Below, piece by piece: positions 26,851 through 40,736 of a DNA stretch of 46,655 bases. Position 1 is the first letter of the stretch. Each line of letters opens with the position of its first letter. The notes beneath the pieces were generated by a model. It made no database searches. It saw only the letters and a program-made list of their open reading frames with translations, and was not told where the DNA came from. Position numbers and translations under genes: made by a program. Source of the DNA: Eledone cirrhosa (Eukaryota); the NCBI GenBank assembly GCA_964016885.1, contig CAXHJY010001430.1:1-46655 (forward strand), in the 5' to 3' direction.

Positions 26851-27269
26851 CATGTGTGTGTGATAAAAAAATTGATATAGAAGTCGTGATATACAAAGAA
26901 AATCTTACATAATATCTACACTAGATTTTAATATAAACCCCCATCACCACCCTCAATATATATATATATATGTATATGCCAGTATGTCTATACCTAGATC
27001 TGACAGTTCGTTCCTTTGTAAGATGAATATCTCTTTAGTTGAACAACCGTATTTCTCCGATATATATATATATAAACATACAAAAGAGTGTTATCAAACA
27101 TCAAATATCTTTGATTTTTGTGCTTCTCAAAAAAAAAAAAAAAACGCTCAATAGACTTTGTCCAGAGTTATAATAATACAAAATGATATTCTTTATTATG
27201 GCTCAGCAATGAGTTTCACCAGAGTACTCACAGGATCATTCGATAAGAGCCTACATTTTTATTAGTGAA

Positions 27270-27385
27270 GGCGTGTGGCTGAGTGGTTAGAGAATTGGAT
27301 TCGCAATCGTAAGGTTGTGATTTCGATTCCTGGACCAGGTGATGCGTTATGTCCTTGAGCAAGACACTTTATTTCACGTTGCTCC
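27270..27385 (+). mobile_element. tRNA-headed SINE of a second family with a CORE-like segment
   Basis: A box TGGCTGAGTGGTTAG, B box TTCGATTCC, then TGTCCTTGAGCAAGACACTT, which resembles the CORE-SINE motif. Confidence 0.75.
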
Positions 27386-27481
27386 TTCTACCTGGAGTTG
27401 CGACCGATAGATAGTATTAGCAATTGGAAAGAGCAACGGAAACATTGTTCCCTCGGTCCGATTTGACGAAAGTCGATCGTT

Positions 27482-27530
<49 letters not shown>

Positions 27531-27544
27531 GATATATATGTATA

Positions 27545-27723
27545 TAAATGAAGTATTTCCGTCGGAAAGGTACAGGAAAAAAAGAGCGATCTATGTAGGC
27601 TACAGAGCTTATTAGTTATTATGTTCTTTCGTTGCACATCTGCAACATCTTCAGAGGTACTATTATGTTTCCTCCTGGTTGTATTGTATGTCTACGCCAT
27701 TTGCAGATATGCAACGAAAGAAC
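27545..27723 (-). mobile_element. Short element between TA tracts with a partial hammerhead core and a 23-bp inverted duplication (27623-27645/27701-27723)
   Basis: Minus strand CTGAAGA-t-gttgca(gatg)tgcaac-GAAA at 27627-27654; stems I/III not recognisable. The 3' end TTTCCGACGGAAATACTTCA resembles TTTCCAACGGAAACTTCA at ~39579-39596. Confidence 0.55.
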
Positions 27724-27955
27724 TTTGTATATATATGTATTTATATCTGTACCTTTGACCGTTGGTCAGTGAATGGTAAACATTGAGGACCAAATGAATT
27801 AACTGTGGAGATATAACAGATACAGAAGCGAAAACCAACCATACAGTGAGTGTGTTCTGTTATTATTTCTGGCAATATTATTACAACAATATGACCCTCC
27901 CCAAGTATAACAATATTTGTTTCGACACACGATTTCATATCAAAAACCTCGCAAA

Positions 27956-28022
<67 letters not shown>

Positions 28023-28031
28023 GGGGGGGGG

Positions 28032-28065
<34 letters not shown>

Positions 28066-28094
28066 GGAGAGGTTATCCAGAGTACCTTGTCTCA

Positions 28095-28205
28095 CGATTT
28101 GGAATAATCGTTAGAGGGTTGGATATATGTTCCAAGTCCCTAGTTTCTGAGTTCAAATCCCACTGAGGTCCTATCGGCCTTTCTTTATTTCTGTTTCGAT
28201 AAATG
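28095..28205 (+). mobile_element. Old diverged SINE fragment
   Basis: TTGGAATAATCGTTAGAG...TTCTGAGTTCAAATCCCACTGAGGTC. Confidence 0.6.
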
Positions 28206-28738
28206 AATTATTTGTCTCAGATATTGTGAAGGCATCTCCCCTTACATCATAGCTTTACTGGAGGATATATAAGGGTGGTGTCGAAGAGAGGTCTGTTGTG
28301 TGTAGGACTGCTGGGGTACCTAAAGCTATTTGCTAAAGTCTTGTACATATTACGAAATCATATCGAATCCTAGTGAGGGATATATTAGAATCTTCTTCTT
28401 CTTGTCTATCCAGAAACATCTAACGTGTACATATATCCTCTTATATATCCTTCATACTTGTATTATAGATGCTTAGAATAGAAGTTTATTGAGTTTTGTA
28501 CTGAGAAACATTATTGATTTCTATTTTATATGTATGGATTAAATCTATAATTAGCATATTTCTCCCGTAATTTGTCTAAATTAGTTTGAGTTATCTAAAG
28601 TGAACTTGGTTGGATCTCTTCTAGCATTCCTTAACTTCTATCTTATCAGATCCACTCTTCCGCTAAACCATATTTTAACACCGTCTGATAGAACTTTTCA
28701 AAAATACTTTCTTGAGCGTATGATTAGTATTTTAGTAC

Positions 28739-28922
28739 TGCGGTGGATTGGCAGTATCGGTAGAGGGTCGGACGCCATGCTTTCCAGCATAGTTACGTCC
28801 CTTTACGATCTGAGTTCAAATCCCGCCGAGGTTGACTTTGCCTTTCATCCTTACGGGGTCGATAGAATAAAGTACCAGTAATGCACTGGGTAATTGCTGG
28901 CCTTGTGCCTAAAGTAGAAACA
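28739..28922 (+). mobile_element. Young full-length SINE with a perfect 19-bp target-site duplication
   Basis: ATGATTAGTATTTTAGTAC at both 28720-28738 and 28923-28941. Confidence 0.96.
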
Positions 28923-28948
28923 ATGATTAGTATTTTAGTACAGCGTGA

Positions 28949-28986
<38 letters not shown>

Positions 28987-29089
28987 CTAAAATCGAACTA
29001 TGCCAATAAAGCTAATCAAGGTCTTGGGATACTTATTACGAAAATAAATAATTCGTGATTGATTCTAATGACTGAGATCGAAGCTGTAA

Positions 29090-29405
29090 ATAGAGCAAGT
29101 GTCTCTCTGGCTGAATCGTGTGACAGGTGACCTTCATCTCTGTAAGAGCACCTAGGTAATGGCAATCGGGAGTGATAATCCCTATTTTCAGAAAGGGAGA
29201 CAACAGAGATTGCTCCAATCATAAATGGATCTTCTTGTTATGTCTCCCCGGTAAAGTCTATGCTAAGTGTCTGGTAAGAGTTGCAGGGAGATTATGAAGT
29301 CCAAGCTAACTGATGAACAGTGTGGTCATGTGGTTTACGTCCCGGTCACAGCAGAGTCGACCAAATATTCACACTGCGGCGGGTTCTCGAAAAGATCGTG
29401 GGAGT
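29090..29405 (+). pseudogene. RTE-clade reverse transcriptase fragment, part 1
   Basis: Translated from 29148: APR*WQSGVIIPIFRKGDNRDCSNHKWIFLLCLPGKVYAKCL; then, across frameshifts, KLTDEQCG and RPGHSRVDQIFTL. Confidence 0.88.
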
Positions 29406-29441
29406 TATTTGCCACCAGGGCATCAAAAGTGGACAACTACA

Positions 29442-30041
29442 AGATATGTTTCTTATATAGTAAGATAGATATGTTTCTTAAATAGATAGATAGATAGATA
29501 GATATGTTTCTTAGATAGATAGATAGATAGATATGTTTCTTAAATAGATAGATATGTTTCTTAGATAGATAGATAGATAGATATGTTTCTTAAATAGATA
29601 GATAGATATGTTTCTTAGATAGATAGATAGATAGATATGTTTCTTAAATAGATAGATAGATAGATATGTTTCTTAAATAGATAGATAGATAGATATGTTT
29701 CTTAGATAGATAGATAGATAGATATGTTTCTTAGATAGATAGATAGATAGATATGTTTCTTAAATAGATAGATATGTTTCTTAGATAGATAGATAGATAG
29801 ATATGTTTCTTAGATAGATAGATAGATATGTTTCTTAGATAGATAGATAGATATGTTTCTTAAATAGATAGATAGATATGTTTCTTAGATAGATAGATAG
29901 ATAGATATGTTTCTTAGATAGATAGATAGATAGATATGTTTCTTAGATAGATAGATAGATAGATAGATATGTTTCTTAAATAGATAGATAGATATGTTTC
30001 TTAGATAGATAGATAGATAGATATGTTTCTTAGATAGATAA
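29442..30041. repeat. Compound satellite [(GATA)n TGTTTCTTA]m
   Basis: Direct reading; the same unit occurs at 31027-31430, 33057-33241 and 33802-33862. Confidence 0.95.
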
Positions 30042-31026
30042 GTTTCTTTTATTTGCCACTAGGGCATCAAAAGTGGGACAAGTACAAAGGGGGGAGTTTA
30101 CACAAAAAGGCGTCCTCAATAAGGAGGAGGCAATAACAAAATATAAAAATAAAATAAGATATAACAAAAAATAAAATTTTTAACAAAATCCTCAATAGAG
30201 AGGAGGCGCCTTGGGGGTCGCACACACCCCCGAAAAAAGTGTGCAACCCTTCTCCTCAGGAGCACAGAGAAGGGGTGCTCCCTTGGTCTTTCATCTTCCT
30301 CACCTATAGTCTGATGTAGAGTGAAGGCCCATTCACACGGGCCATTCTCGCCACTTTCACCCATCTTTCATAGAAACGGCTGGGGTGCAGCACCTCTCTC
30401 TCCATCCTGATCCTTCTTCCGAAATGATATCGGAAGAAACGGACCAGTTGTTGGCCAGAGAGAAAGTGCCCGACCTCAGTCCTTTCAGACGCGTCCACCA
30501 TACAACCTCTTTCGCCATGGCTATTATGCACAGAAACACCGCCTCTGTTTCATCTTTGAAGGGGGGAGGCGGCTTGATCATTACAATAGACTCGGTGGTC
30601 AACCGGATCGGTCCCACCCTTGACAGCAGTTGTTCGACATAGCCCCACAGATCGGCTACGCCCGAGCAGTGTACTAATGCGTGTGCAACGGTTTCCTCGT
30701 CGCACACGCATCTGGGACAGATCTTTTTGGCGGGGTCCCTACCCGGGCGCCCGTGTCTGTAGAGCCTTTCTCGAACGGGTAAAGCCCCTCGGTAGCACTG
30801 CCAGGCCAGGGACTTCTGGAAGTTGTCCATAGGTCCCGGGCTGAATGTCCTACCGAACAGGCTGGCCAGTTCGTCCTCCTCCATGTCTAGGGCTTCTCCG
30901 AGGGCGTCGTCGCACCTGCTGCATACCAGCCCTCTATAGAATGTTGCGGTGGAGTCTCCACTGACAACCGGATCCGCCTGCCAGAGGGCGGTGAGCGCCT
31001 GGGCACACTCAGTGTGCCAGGCGCCC

Positions 31027-31028
<2 letters not shown>
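30042..31028 (-). mobile_element. 5'-truncated L1/Tx1-type LINE: ORF2 C-terminus with zf-RVT-like CCHC finger plus 3' UTR
   Basis: ORF 30357-30884 (frame open upstream to ~31028): AWQCYRGALPVRERL...CPRCVCDEETVAHALVHC...W; 3' end GGCAAATAAAAGAAAC followed by (TATC)n; frameshift near 30466. Confidence 0.88.
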
Positions 31029-31059
<31 letters not shown>

Positions 31060-31428
31060 TGTTTCTTAGATAGATAGATAGATATGTTTCTTAGATAGAT
31101 AGATAGATATGTTTCTTAAATAGATAGATAGATATGTTTCTTAGATAGATAGATAGATAGATATGTTTCTTAAATAGATAGATAGATATGTTTCTTAGAT
31201 AGATAGATAGATATGTTTCTTAGATAGATAGATAGATAGATATGTTTCTTAGATAGATAGATAGATAGATATGTTTCTTAGATAGATAGATAGATATGTT
31301 TCTTAAATAGATAGATAGATATGTTTCTTAGATAGATAGATAGATATGTTTCTTAGATAGATAGATAGATAGATATGTTTCTTAAATAGATAGATAGATA
31401 GATATGTTTCTTAGATAGATAGATAGAT

Positions 31429-31711
31429 ATGTTTCTTTATTAGCCACAGGGGCACACAAGAAGGGGGATAGAGAGACAGACAGAGAGATTGATAGCTAGA
31501 TAGATATATAGATAGATAGATATGTTGATAGATAGATAGATTGATATGTTGATAGAGATATAGATAGATCGATATGTTGATAGAGATATAGATAGATAGA
31601 TAAGTATTTATTACGTGCGAGTAATTACTTGAGTTCCTTTTCAATGGCAGTTATAGGAACCTACCAACGTTCTCCTCCTCACACTCTCTCTCTCACCCTC
31701 TCTCTCTCACC
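31429..31711 (-). repeat. ~280-bp module duplicated at 33861-34128, ending in GTGGCTAATAAAGAAACATATCT
   Basis: The two copies are near-identical, and each lies immediately 5' of a GATA satellite plus Tx1-like fragment. Confidence 0.85.
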
Positions 31712-31846
31712 CAAGAGGTATATTCTTGTTTTGTCGACCTTAAAAGGGCATATGACTGCGTTTCCCGGGAACTGCTATGGAAGGCTCAGCTGGAGATCGG
31801 ATCGATGGTCAGCTCCTTGTTGCCTTGATGTCTCTATAAAAAAGAA
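31711..31846 (+). pseudogene. RTE reverse transcriptase fragment, part 2 (continuation of 29090-29405)
   Basis: QEVYSCFVDLKRAYDCVSRELLWK...GIDGQLLVALMSL, the motif that directly follows DQIFTL...EK.WE in RTE RTs. Confidence 0.85.
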
Positions 31847-32004
31847 ACACGCCTGTTGCTTTTCATTTCAATTCAATAGAAATGTCCAATTGGGTGGTTT
31901 AATAACCGGAGAGTTCTTTATTTATTGTCAAAGCTCTTTCGTCACACATTCTGTGACCCTCTCAGTGACTAATTTGTTATTTTGTATATCTCCTTGTATA
32001 TATA

Positions 32005-32587
32005 CCACCATAACACCATACCCCATACCACAATACCACCACCACCATACCACCATACCATCATACCACCATACAATCATACCAACATACCACCATACCA
32101 CCATACCATCATAACACCATAACACCATACCACCACCACCAAACAATCATACCACCATCATACCACCACTATCATACCAACATACCACCACCATCATACC
32201 ACCACCATCATACCATCATACCACCATACCATCATACCAGCACCATCATACCACCATACCACCATACCACCATACCATCATAACACCATACCATCACCAC
32301 CATACAATCATACCACCATACCACCACCATCATACCACCATCATCATACCATCATACCACCATACCACCATACCACCATACCACCACCATCATACCACCA
32401 TACCACCATACCATCATAACACCATACCACCACCACCATACCACCACCATCATACCATCATACCACCATACCACCATACCGCCACCACATTACCACCACC
32501 ACCACACCGTACCACTACACCACACCACCACCATACCACCACACCATACCACCACACCATACCACCACCATACCACCATACCATCAT
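32005..32587. repeat. Low-complexity (CAC/CAT/CCATA)n tract
   Basis: Direct reading. Confidence 0.92.
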
Positions 32588-32781
32588 AGCATCGCGGCTT
32601 CATTTTACTTTAAACATTAATTAAGCTATCTCCATTCCAAACACGTTCCTAATTAATGGAGTCTCAATAGAACACACACAGTGTGTCTATATATACACAC
32701 AGTTGTATATATACACACACACAGTTGTATATATATATATATATATACACATAGTTGTATATGTATATGCACACACACAGT

Positions 32782-32848
<67 letters not shown>

Positions 32849-32853
32849 CGTTG

Positions 32854-32884
<31 letters not shown>

Positions 32885-32889
32885 CGTTG

Positions 32890-32920
<31 letters not shown>

Positions 32921-33240
32921 TTATATATATATCAGTTAAAGTAAATTAAAGATGTAAATCTATTACAACTCTACCACATAGGCTTGACCGTTCCCCATTT
33001 CATTATATATATCTCTTTCACACATATAGAGAGATAGAGAGGGAGCAGACAGAGAGACAGATAGATAGATAGATATATAGATAGACAGATAGATATGTTT
33101 CTTAGATAGATAGATAGATATGTTTCTTTAATAGATAGATAGATAGATAGATAGATATGTTTCTTAGATAGATAGATAGATAGATAGATATGTTTCTTAG
33201 ATAGATAGATAGATAGATATGTTTCTTAAATAGATAGATA

Positions 33241-33801
33241 TGTTTCTTTTATTTGCCACTAGGGCATCAAAAGTGGGACAAGTACAAAGGGGGGAGTTTA
33301 CACAAAAGGCGTCCTCAATAAGGAGGAGGCAATAACAAAATATAAAAATAAAATAAGATATAACAAAAAATAAAATTTATAACAAAATCCTCAATAGAGA
33401 GGAGGCGCCTTGGGGGGTCGCACACACCCCCGAAAAAAGTGTGCAACCCTTTTCCTCGGGAGCACAGAGAGGGGGTGCTCCCTCGTTCCTTCCTCTTCTC
33501 CACCTACAGGCTTATGTAAAGAGAAGGCCCATTCACACGGGCCATTCTCGCCACTTTCACCCACCTTTCATAAAAACGACTGGGGTGCAGCACCTCTCTC
33601 TCCATCCTGATCCTTCTTCCGAAATGATATCGGAAGAAACGGACCAGTTGTTGGCCAGAGAGAAAGGTGCCTGACCTCAGTCCTTTCAGACGCGTCCACC
33701 ATACAACCTCTTTCGCCATGGCTATTACGCACAGAAACACCGCCTCGGCTTCATCTTTGAAGGGGGGAGGCGGCTTGATCATTACAATAGACTCGGTGGT
33801 C
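33241..33801 (-). mobile_element. Second, shorter Tx1-type 3' fragment with an intact C-terminal frame
   Basis: TTESIVMIKPPPPFKDEAEAVFLCVIAMAKEVVWWTRLKGLRSGTFLSGQQLVRFFRYHF...GPSLYISL*; same 3' UTR as 30042. Confidence 0.88.
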
Positions 33802-33860
33802 TTGTTTCTTAAATAGATAGATAGATAGATAGATATGTTTCTTAGATAGATAGATAGATA

Positions 33861-34128
33861 TGTTTCTTTATTAGCCACAGGGGCACAAAAGAAGAGGGAT
33901 AGAGAGACAGACAGAGAGATTGATAGCTAGATAGATATGTTGATAGATAGATAGATTGATATGTTGATAGAGATATAGATAGATCGATATGTTGATAGAG
34001 ATATAGATAGATAGATAAGTATTTATTACGTGCGAGTAATTACTTGAGTTCCTTTTCAATGGAAGTTATAGGAACCTACCAACGTTCTCCTCCTCACACT
34101 CTCTCTCTCACCATCTCTCTCTCACCCT
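33861..34128 (-). repeat. Second copy of the 31429-31711 module
   Basis: Direct alignment. Confidence 0.85.
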
Positions 34129-34334
34129 CTCTCTCTCTCTCCCACCCACTCTCTCTCTCACCCACTCTCTCTCTCACCCACTCTCTCACTCTCTCCCCCT
34201 CTCTTTCTGTTTCTCTCTCTCTCTCTCAGTCCTTAGCCTCTTTCTCTCTCTCTCACTATCCCTCCCTCCTTCTCTCAGCACTGAGAATTATTCATTCTAT
34301 ACTTGTGTGTGTGTGTGTGTGTATGTGTGTATGT

Positions 34335-34379
<45 letters not shown>

Positions 34380-34661
34380 TGTGTGTGTGTGCGTGTATTC
34401 GTGTGTGTGTTTGTATGTTTGTGTGTGTATGTGTGTGTTTGTGTGTGTGGCTACCTTATAATTTACAAACATTAAGAATGTTTTTGAAAAGTATATATAT
34501 ATATATGTGTGTGTGTGTGAGTGAGTGCATGTGTATATGTGTATATACATATATATATGTATATATATATACATAGGGTGCACTCATACTCCTATGTATG
34601 TTTATACGCATACTTGTGTATATGTACGTTATATTGCATGTATGTATTATTATGTTATCGT

Positions 34662-36551
<1,890 letters not shown>

Positions 36552-36809
36552 AGGAGGAGCGAGAAATGATTATAAAAATAGAAAAAGCTAAATCAATGAA
36601 AAGGGGAATGAGAAAATACGTGCTTCATTATATATATAATTGGAAAACGGCGTGGTTTAAAGTGGTTCTTTTCACTGTGTTTGTCCAGGCAGCTTTTTAT
36701 ATTGACTAACATGTTTGCTTATGCTCATTTCCTTCATATGAAATTATACTCAATATACTGTCTACGTTTATATGTATGAATATTAGTAAGTATATATATA
36801 TAAATATGG

Positions 36810-36869
<60 letters not shown>

Positions 36870-36950
36870 GTATGTATGTATGTATATATATATATATATT
36901 TATATATGTATGTATATATGTATGTATGTATGTATGTATATATATATATA

Positions 36951-37350
36951 CCCCTTAGCCTTTGTCAAGGCAGAATTCTAGGAGAAGGAAAACTCTGATA
37001 TAACACCTGCAACCCTGATGGTATCCAATGATGTTGACTTGTTCTTCTTTTTGGTAAATATCATCTTGGTTAAGAGAGTGGGACTGGCTTTGTGCAGTGC
37101 CTTTGCTCACTATAAAAGCTTCACGGCACAGGCATTGCTTTGTATCTGGAGATCTCTCTGCACTTGTCGTCACATGGTACCAAGGGTAAAGCACTACGTG
37201 TCATTAATTGTCACAAGTGTAGTGTTTGTACCAGAGTTTTCAAGTCGCTGGCTGGACTAAAAAGTCACACTCGTTCAGCGCATCGGTAGGGGTTCTCCTA
37301 CATGGATATAAAGTAGTGGCCGTACTCGAAAACGAGTTGGCAGCCACCAT
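36951..37350 (+). mobile_element. Non-autonomous RTE-derived element, copy 2
   Basis: Matches 25907-26164 at the 3' end and 40899-41088 at the 5' end; TCTAGGAGAAGGAAAACTCTGA resembles RTE 5' UTRs. Confidence 0.82.
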
Positions 37351-37405
37351 ATATATATATATGTATATATATGTATGTATATATATATATGTATGTATAT
37401 ATATG

Positions 37406-37560
<155 letters not shown>

Positions 37561-37561
37561 G

Positions 37562-37622
<61 letters not shown>

Positions 37623-37852
37623 ATATATATATATATGTATGTCTATATATGTATGTATGTATGTATATATATGTATGTATGTATGTATGTATATATATGT
37701 ATGTATGTATGTATATATATGTATGTATGTATGTATATATATGTATGTATGTATGTATATATATATCTATGTATGTATGTATATATATATATATATGTAT
37801 GTATGTATATATATATATATATAAAAGAATAGAGGTGTAACACACAAGTTAT

Positions 37853-38615
37853 TATATATTGGTAAACGGAATAGAAAATGCTGACAAATTGTTCACAGTT
37901 GAAAAATGGTTTAATTAGGAATAAAAGAGTATTAGTGATTGTATGGGTTAGTATTCAGTTGTGGTTTTAAGTTTTTAAGTTTTTACCGGTTGCGCATTTT
38001 TAAATGCTTTTCAAAAATAATTTTGAGATAGAGTGTCCGTGCTGTTTGCTCTGATCTGATTAGTTTTGTGAATTCTACCTGTTTTTATGTTAAAAAAGTG
38101 GCTCCAGCGTTATTTTTGTGTTCCAAAAATTCTTGTGGTCAAAACAATTTTGATTGGTCGGTAGAGGTCATGTGAATGTAAAAAGTTGATTTTGCGCCAA
38201 GACTGTTTTTATGTTAAAAAAGTGGCTCCAGCAAAAATTCTTGGTCAAAACAATTTTGATTGGTCGGTAGAGGTCATGTGAATAAAAAATTGGTTTTGCG
38301 CCAAGATTGAGAAATGACTCTTTCACAACAAATATGTGTGTGTGTGTATGTATGTGTGTGTGTGTGTGTGTATGTGTGTGTGTGTGTGTGTGTGTGTAGT
38401 AGTAGTAGTAAGGTGTTCGATGCATATATACATATATACACAAACACATACACACGCGTACATCAACATACAAAGAGACTTATATGCACACACACACACA
38501 CGCACTTCTCCGTATAAGACAAAAGCTAAAAAGTATCTTTAGACATGCTAAAATACCCCCCCATTGCTTTCAGACACATTCTTACTGACCATCCCTGCCA
38601 CCAAGAATCGCTCTG

Positions 38616-38655
<40 letters not shown>

Positions 38656-39255
38656 CTTAATAGCCATTTGACACACATCGCTGCTGGCCATTGTCGCAGC
38701 ATCGAACACCTTACTACTACTACTACTACACACACACACATACACACACACACACACATACACACACACACGTATTTGTTGTGAAAGAGTCATTTCTCAA
38801 TCTTGGCGCAAAACCAATTTTTTTATTCACATGACCTCTACCGACCAATCAAAATTGTTTTGACCAAGAATTTTTGCTGGAGCCACTTTTTTAACATAAA
38901 AACAGTCTTGGCGCAAAATCAACTTTTTACATTCACATGACCTCTACCGACCAATCAAAATTGTTTTGACCACAAGCATTTTTGCAACACAAAAATAACG
39001 CTGGAGCCACTTTTTTAACATAAAAACAGGTAGAATTCCCAAAACTAATCAGATCAGAGCAAACAGCACGGACACTCTATCTCAAAATTATTTTTGAAAA
39101 GCATTTAGAAATGCGCAACCGGTAAAAACTTAAAAATTTAACACCACAACTGAATACTAACCCATACAATCACTAATACTCTTTTATTCCTAATTAAACC
39201 ATTTTTCAACTGTGAACAATTTGTCAGCATTTTCTATTCCGTTTACCAATATATA
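37853..39255. mobile_element. 1.4-kb foldback element: ~560-bp inverted arms (37853-38423/38699-39255), 275-bp spacer, outward-facing hammerhead-like motifs
   Basis: ATATTGGTAAACGGAATAG... mirrors ...CTATTCCGTTTACCAATAT. Arms include two ~105-125-bp sub-repeats plus (TG)n/(TAG)n; motifs at 37981-38017 (-) and 39091-39128 (+). Confidence 0.93.
39091..39128 (+). ncRNA. Hammerhead-like motif with non-canonical GCAA (also at ~8811-8848 +, 37981-38017 -, 40492-40527 -)
   Basis: ttt-TTGAAAA-gcatt(taga)aatgc-GCAA-ccgg-TA-aaa. Confidence 0.5.
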
Positions 39256-39361
39256 TATATACATACATACATACATATATATAGAGAGAGATATATATGT
39301 GTGTGTGTATGTATGTATATATATAGATGTAGATGTATATATATATCTATGTGTGTGTGTG

Positions 39362-39394
<33 letters not shown>

Positions 39395-39414
39395 ATGTGT
39401 GTGTATATAATATC

Positions 39415-39449
<35 letters not shown>

Positions 39450-40063
39450 ATGTATAATAAACAATACAGTATAATTACCTCATTACCAGAGGTTTCCCGA
39501 ACAAGACGAATACAAGATACGTTATTATTCTGCTCTGTAACTTACATAGAGCACTCTTCATTCCTCTGACTCTTTCAATTTCCAACGGAAACTTCAATAC
39601 ATATATATATGAATGATATATATGTATATAATATATATATATATCATATATAAATGTATAAAATTGATATCATATAGATCACACACACACATATATATAT
39701 ACACACACACACATATATATACACACACACGTATATATACACACATACCAAAACATACATATACACAGAGAAAACTAAACAAGTACATCGTAAAAATAAG
39801 CAAGACACGCACACACACATAAATATACACATAACCGCATACATAGACACATTTAGACATATACACACTTCACAGACAGTGTATGTGTGTTTAAATGAGT
39901 GTGTGTGTGTGTGTGTTTAAATGAGTGCGTGTGTATGTGTGTTTAAATGAGTGTGTGTTTTAGTGTGTGTGTGTATGTATATATGTGTTTGAGCCTATGT
40001 GTATGCATATGTGTGTTTCAGCCTGTGTGTATGTAAATGAGTGTGTCTAAATGAATGTGTTAT

Positions 40064-40094
<31 letters not shown>

Positions 40095-40134
40095 GTATGT
40101 TTATGTATGTGTGTATGCCAGTATATGTATGTGT

Positions 40135-40165
<31 letters not shown>

Positions 40166-40315
40166 TATGTATGTGTGTGTATGTGTGTATGCCAGTATGT
40201 GTATGTATATATATATATATATGTTTATGTATGTATATGTGTATCTAGGTATGTATATATGTATGTATGTGTGTGTATATATATGTATGTTTATGTATGT
40301 GTGAATATATGTATA

Positions 40316-40379
<64 letters not shown>

Positions 40380-40383
<4 letters not shown>

Positions 40384-40566
40384 TAAAGGGAATAGAAAAT
40401 ACTGACAAATTGTTCACAGTGAAAAATAGTTTAATTAGGAATAAGTGAGAATTAGTAATTGTATTGATTAGTAATCAGTTTGGGCTTTAAGTTTTACCGG
40501 TTGCGCATTTCTAATGCTTTTCAAAAATAATTAAGAGATAGAGCGTCCGTGATGTTTGCTCTGATC
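40380..40566 (-). mobile_element. Diverged solo 3' end of the GCAA family, embedded in (TA)n
   Basis: Aligns to 37858-38056 with many substitutions, but keeps TTGAAAAGCATT..AATGCGCAACCGGTAAAA. Confidence 0.85.
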
Positions 40567-40637
<71 letters not shown>

Positions 40638-40736
40638 CTATATATGTATGCGTATATATATATGTATGTATGTGTACATATATATATGTATATGTGTATA
40701 TATATATATGTATGTATGTTTATATGTATATATCTA

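Noticed and set aside
27270-27345. tRNA gene
   Set aside because: It has A/B boxes but no convincing cloverleaf, and continues into a CORE-like SINE body.
28210-28715. Possible highly decayed LINE coding sequence on the minus strand
   Set aside because: Many stops and no motif that I can identify with confidence.
36980-36997. GGAGAAGGAAAACTC resembles the minisatellite unit GGAGAAGGAAACTC
   Set aside because: Short purine-rich match with no flanking similarity; probably chance.
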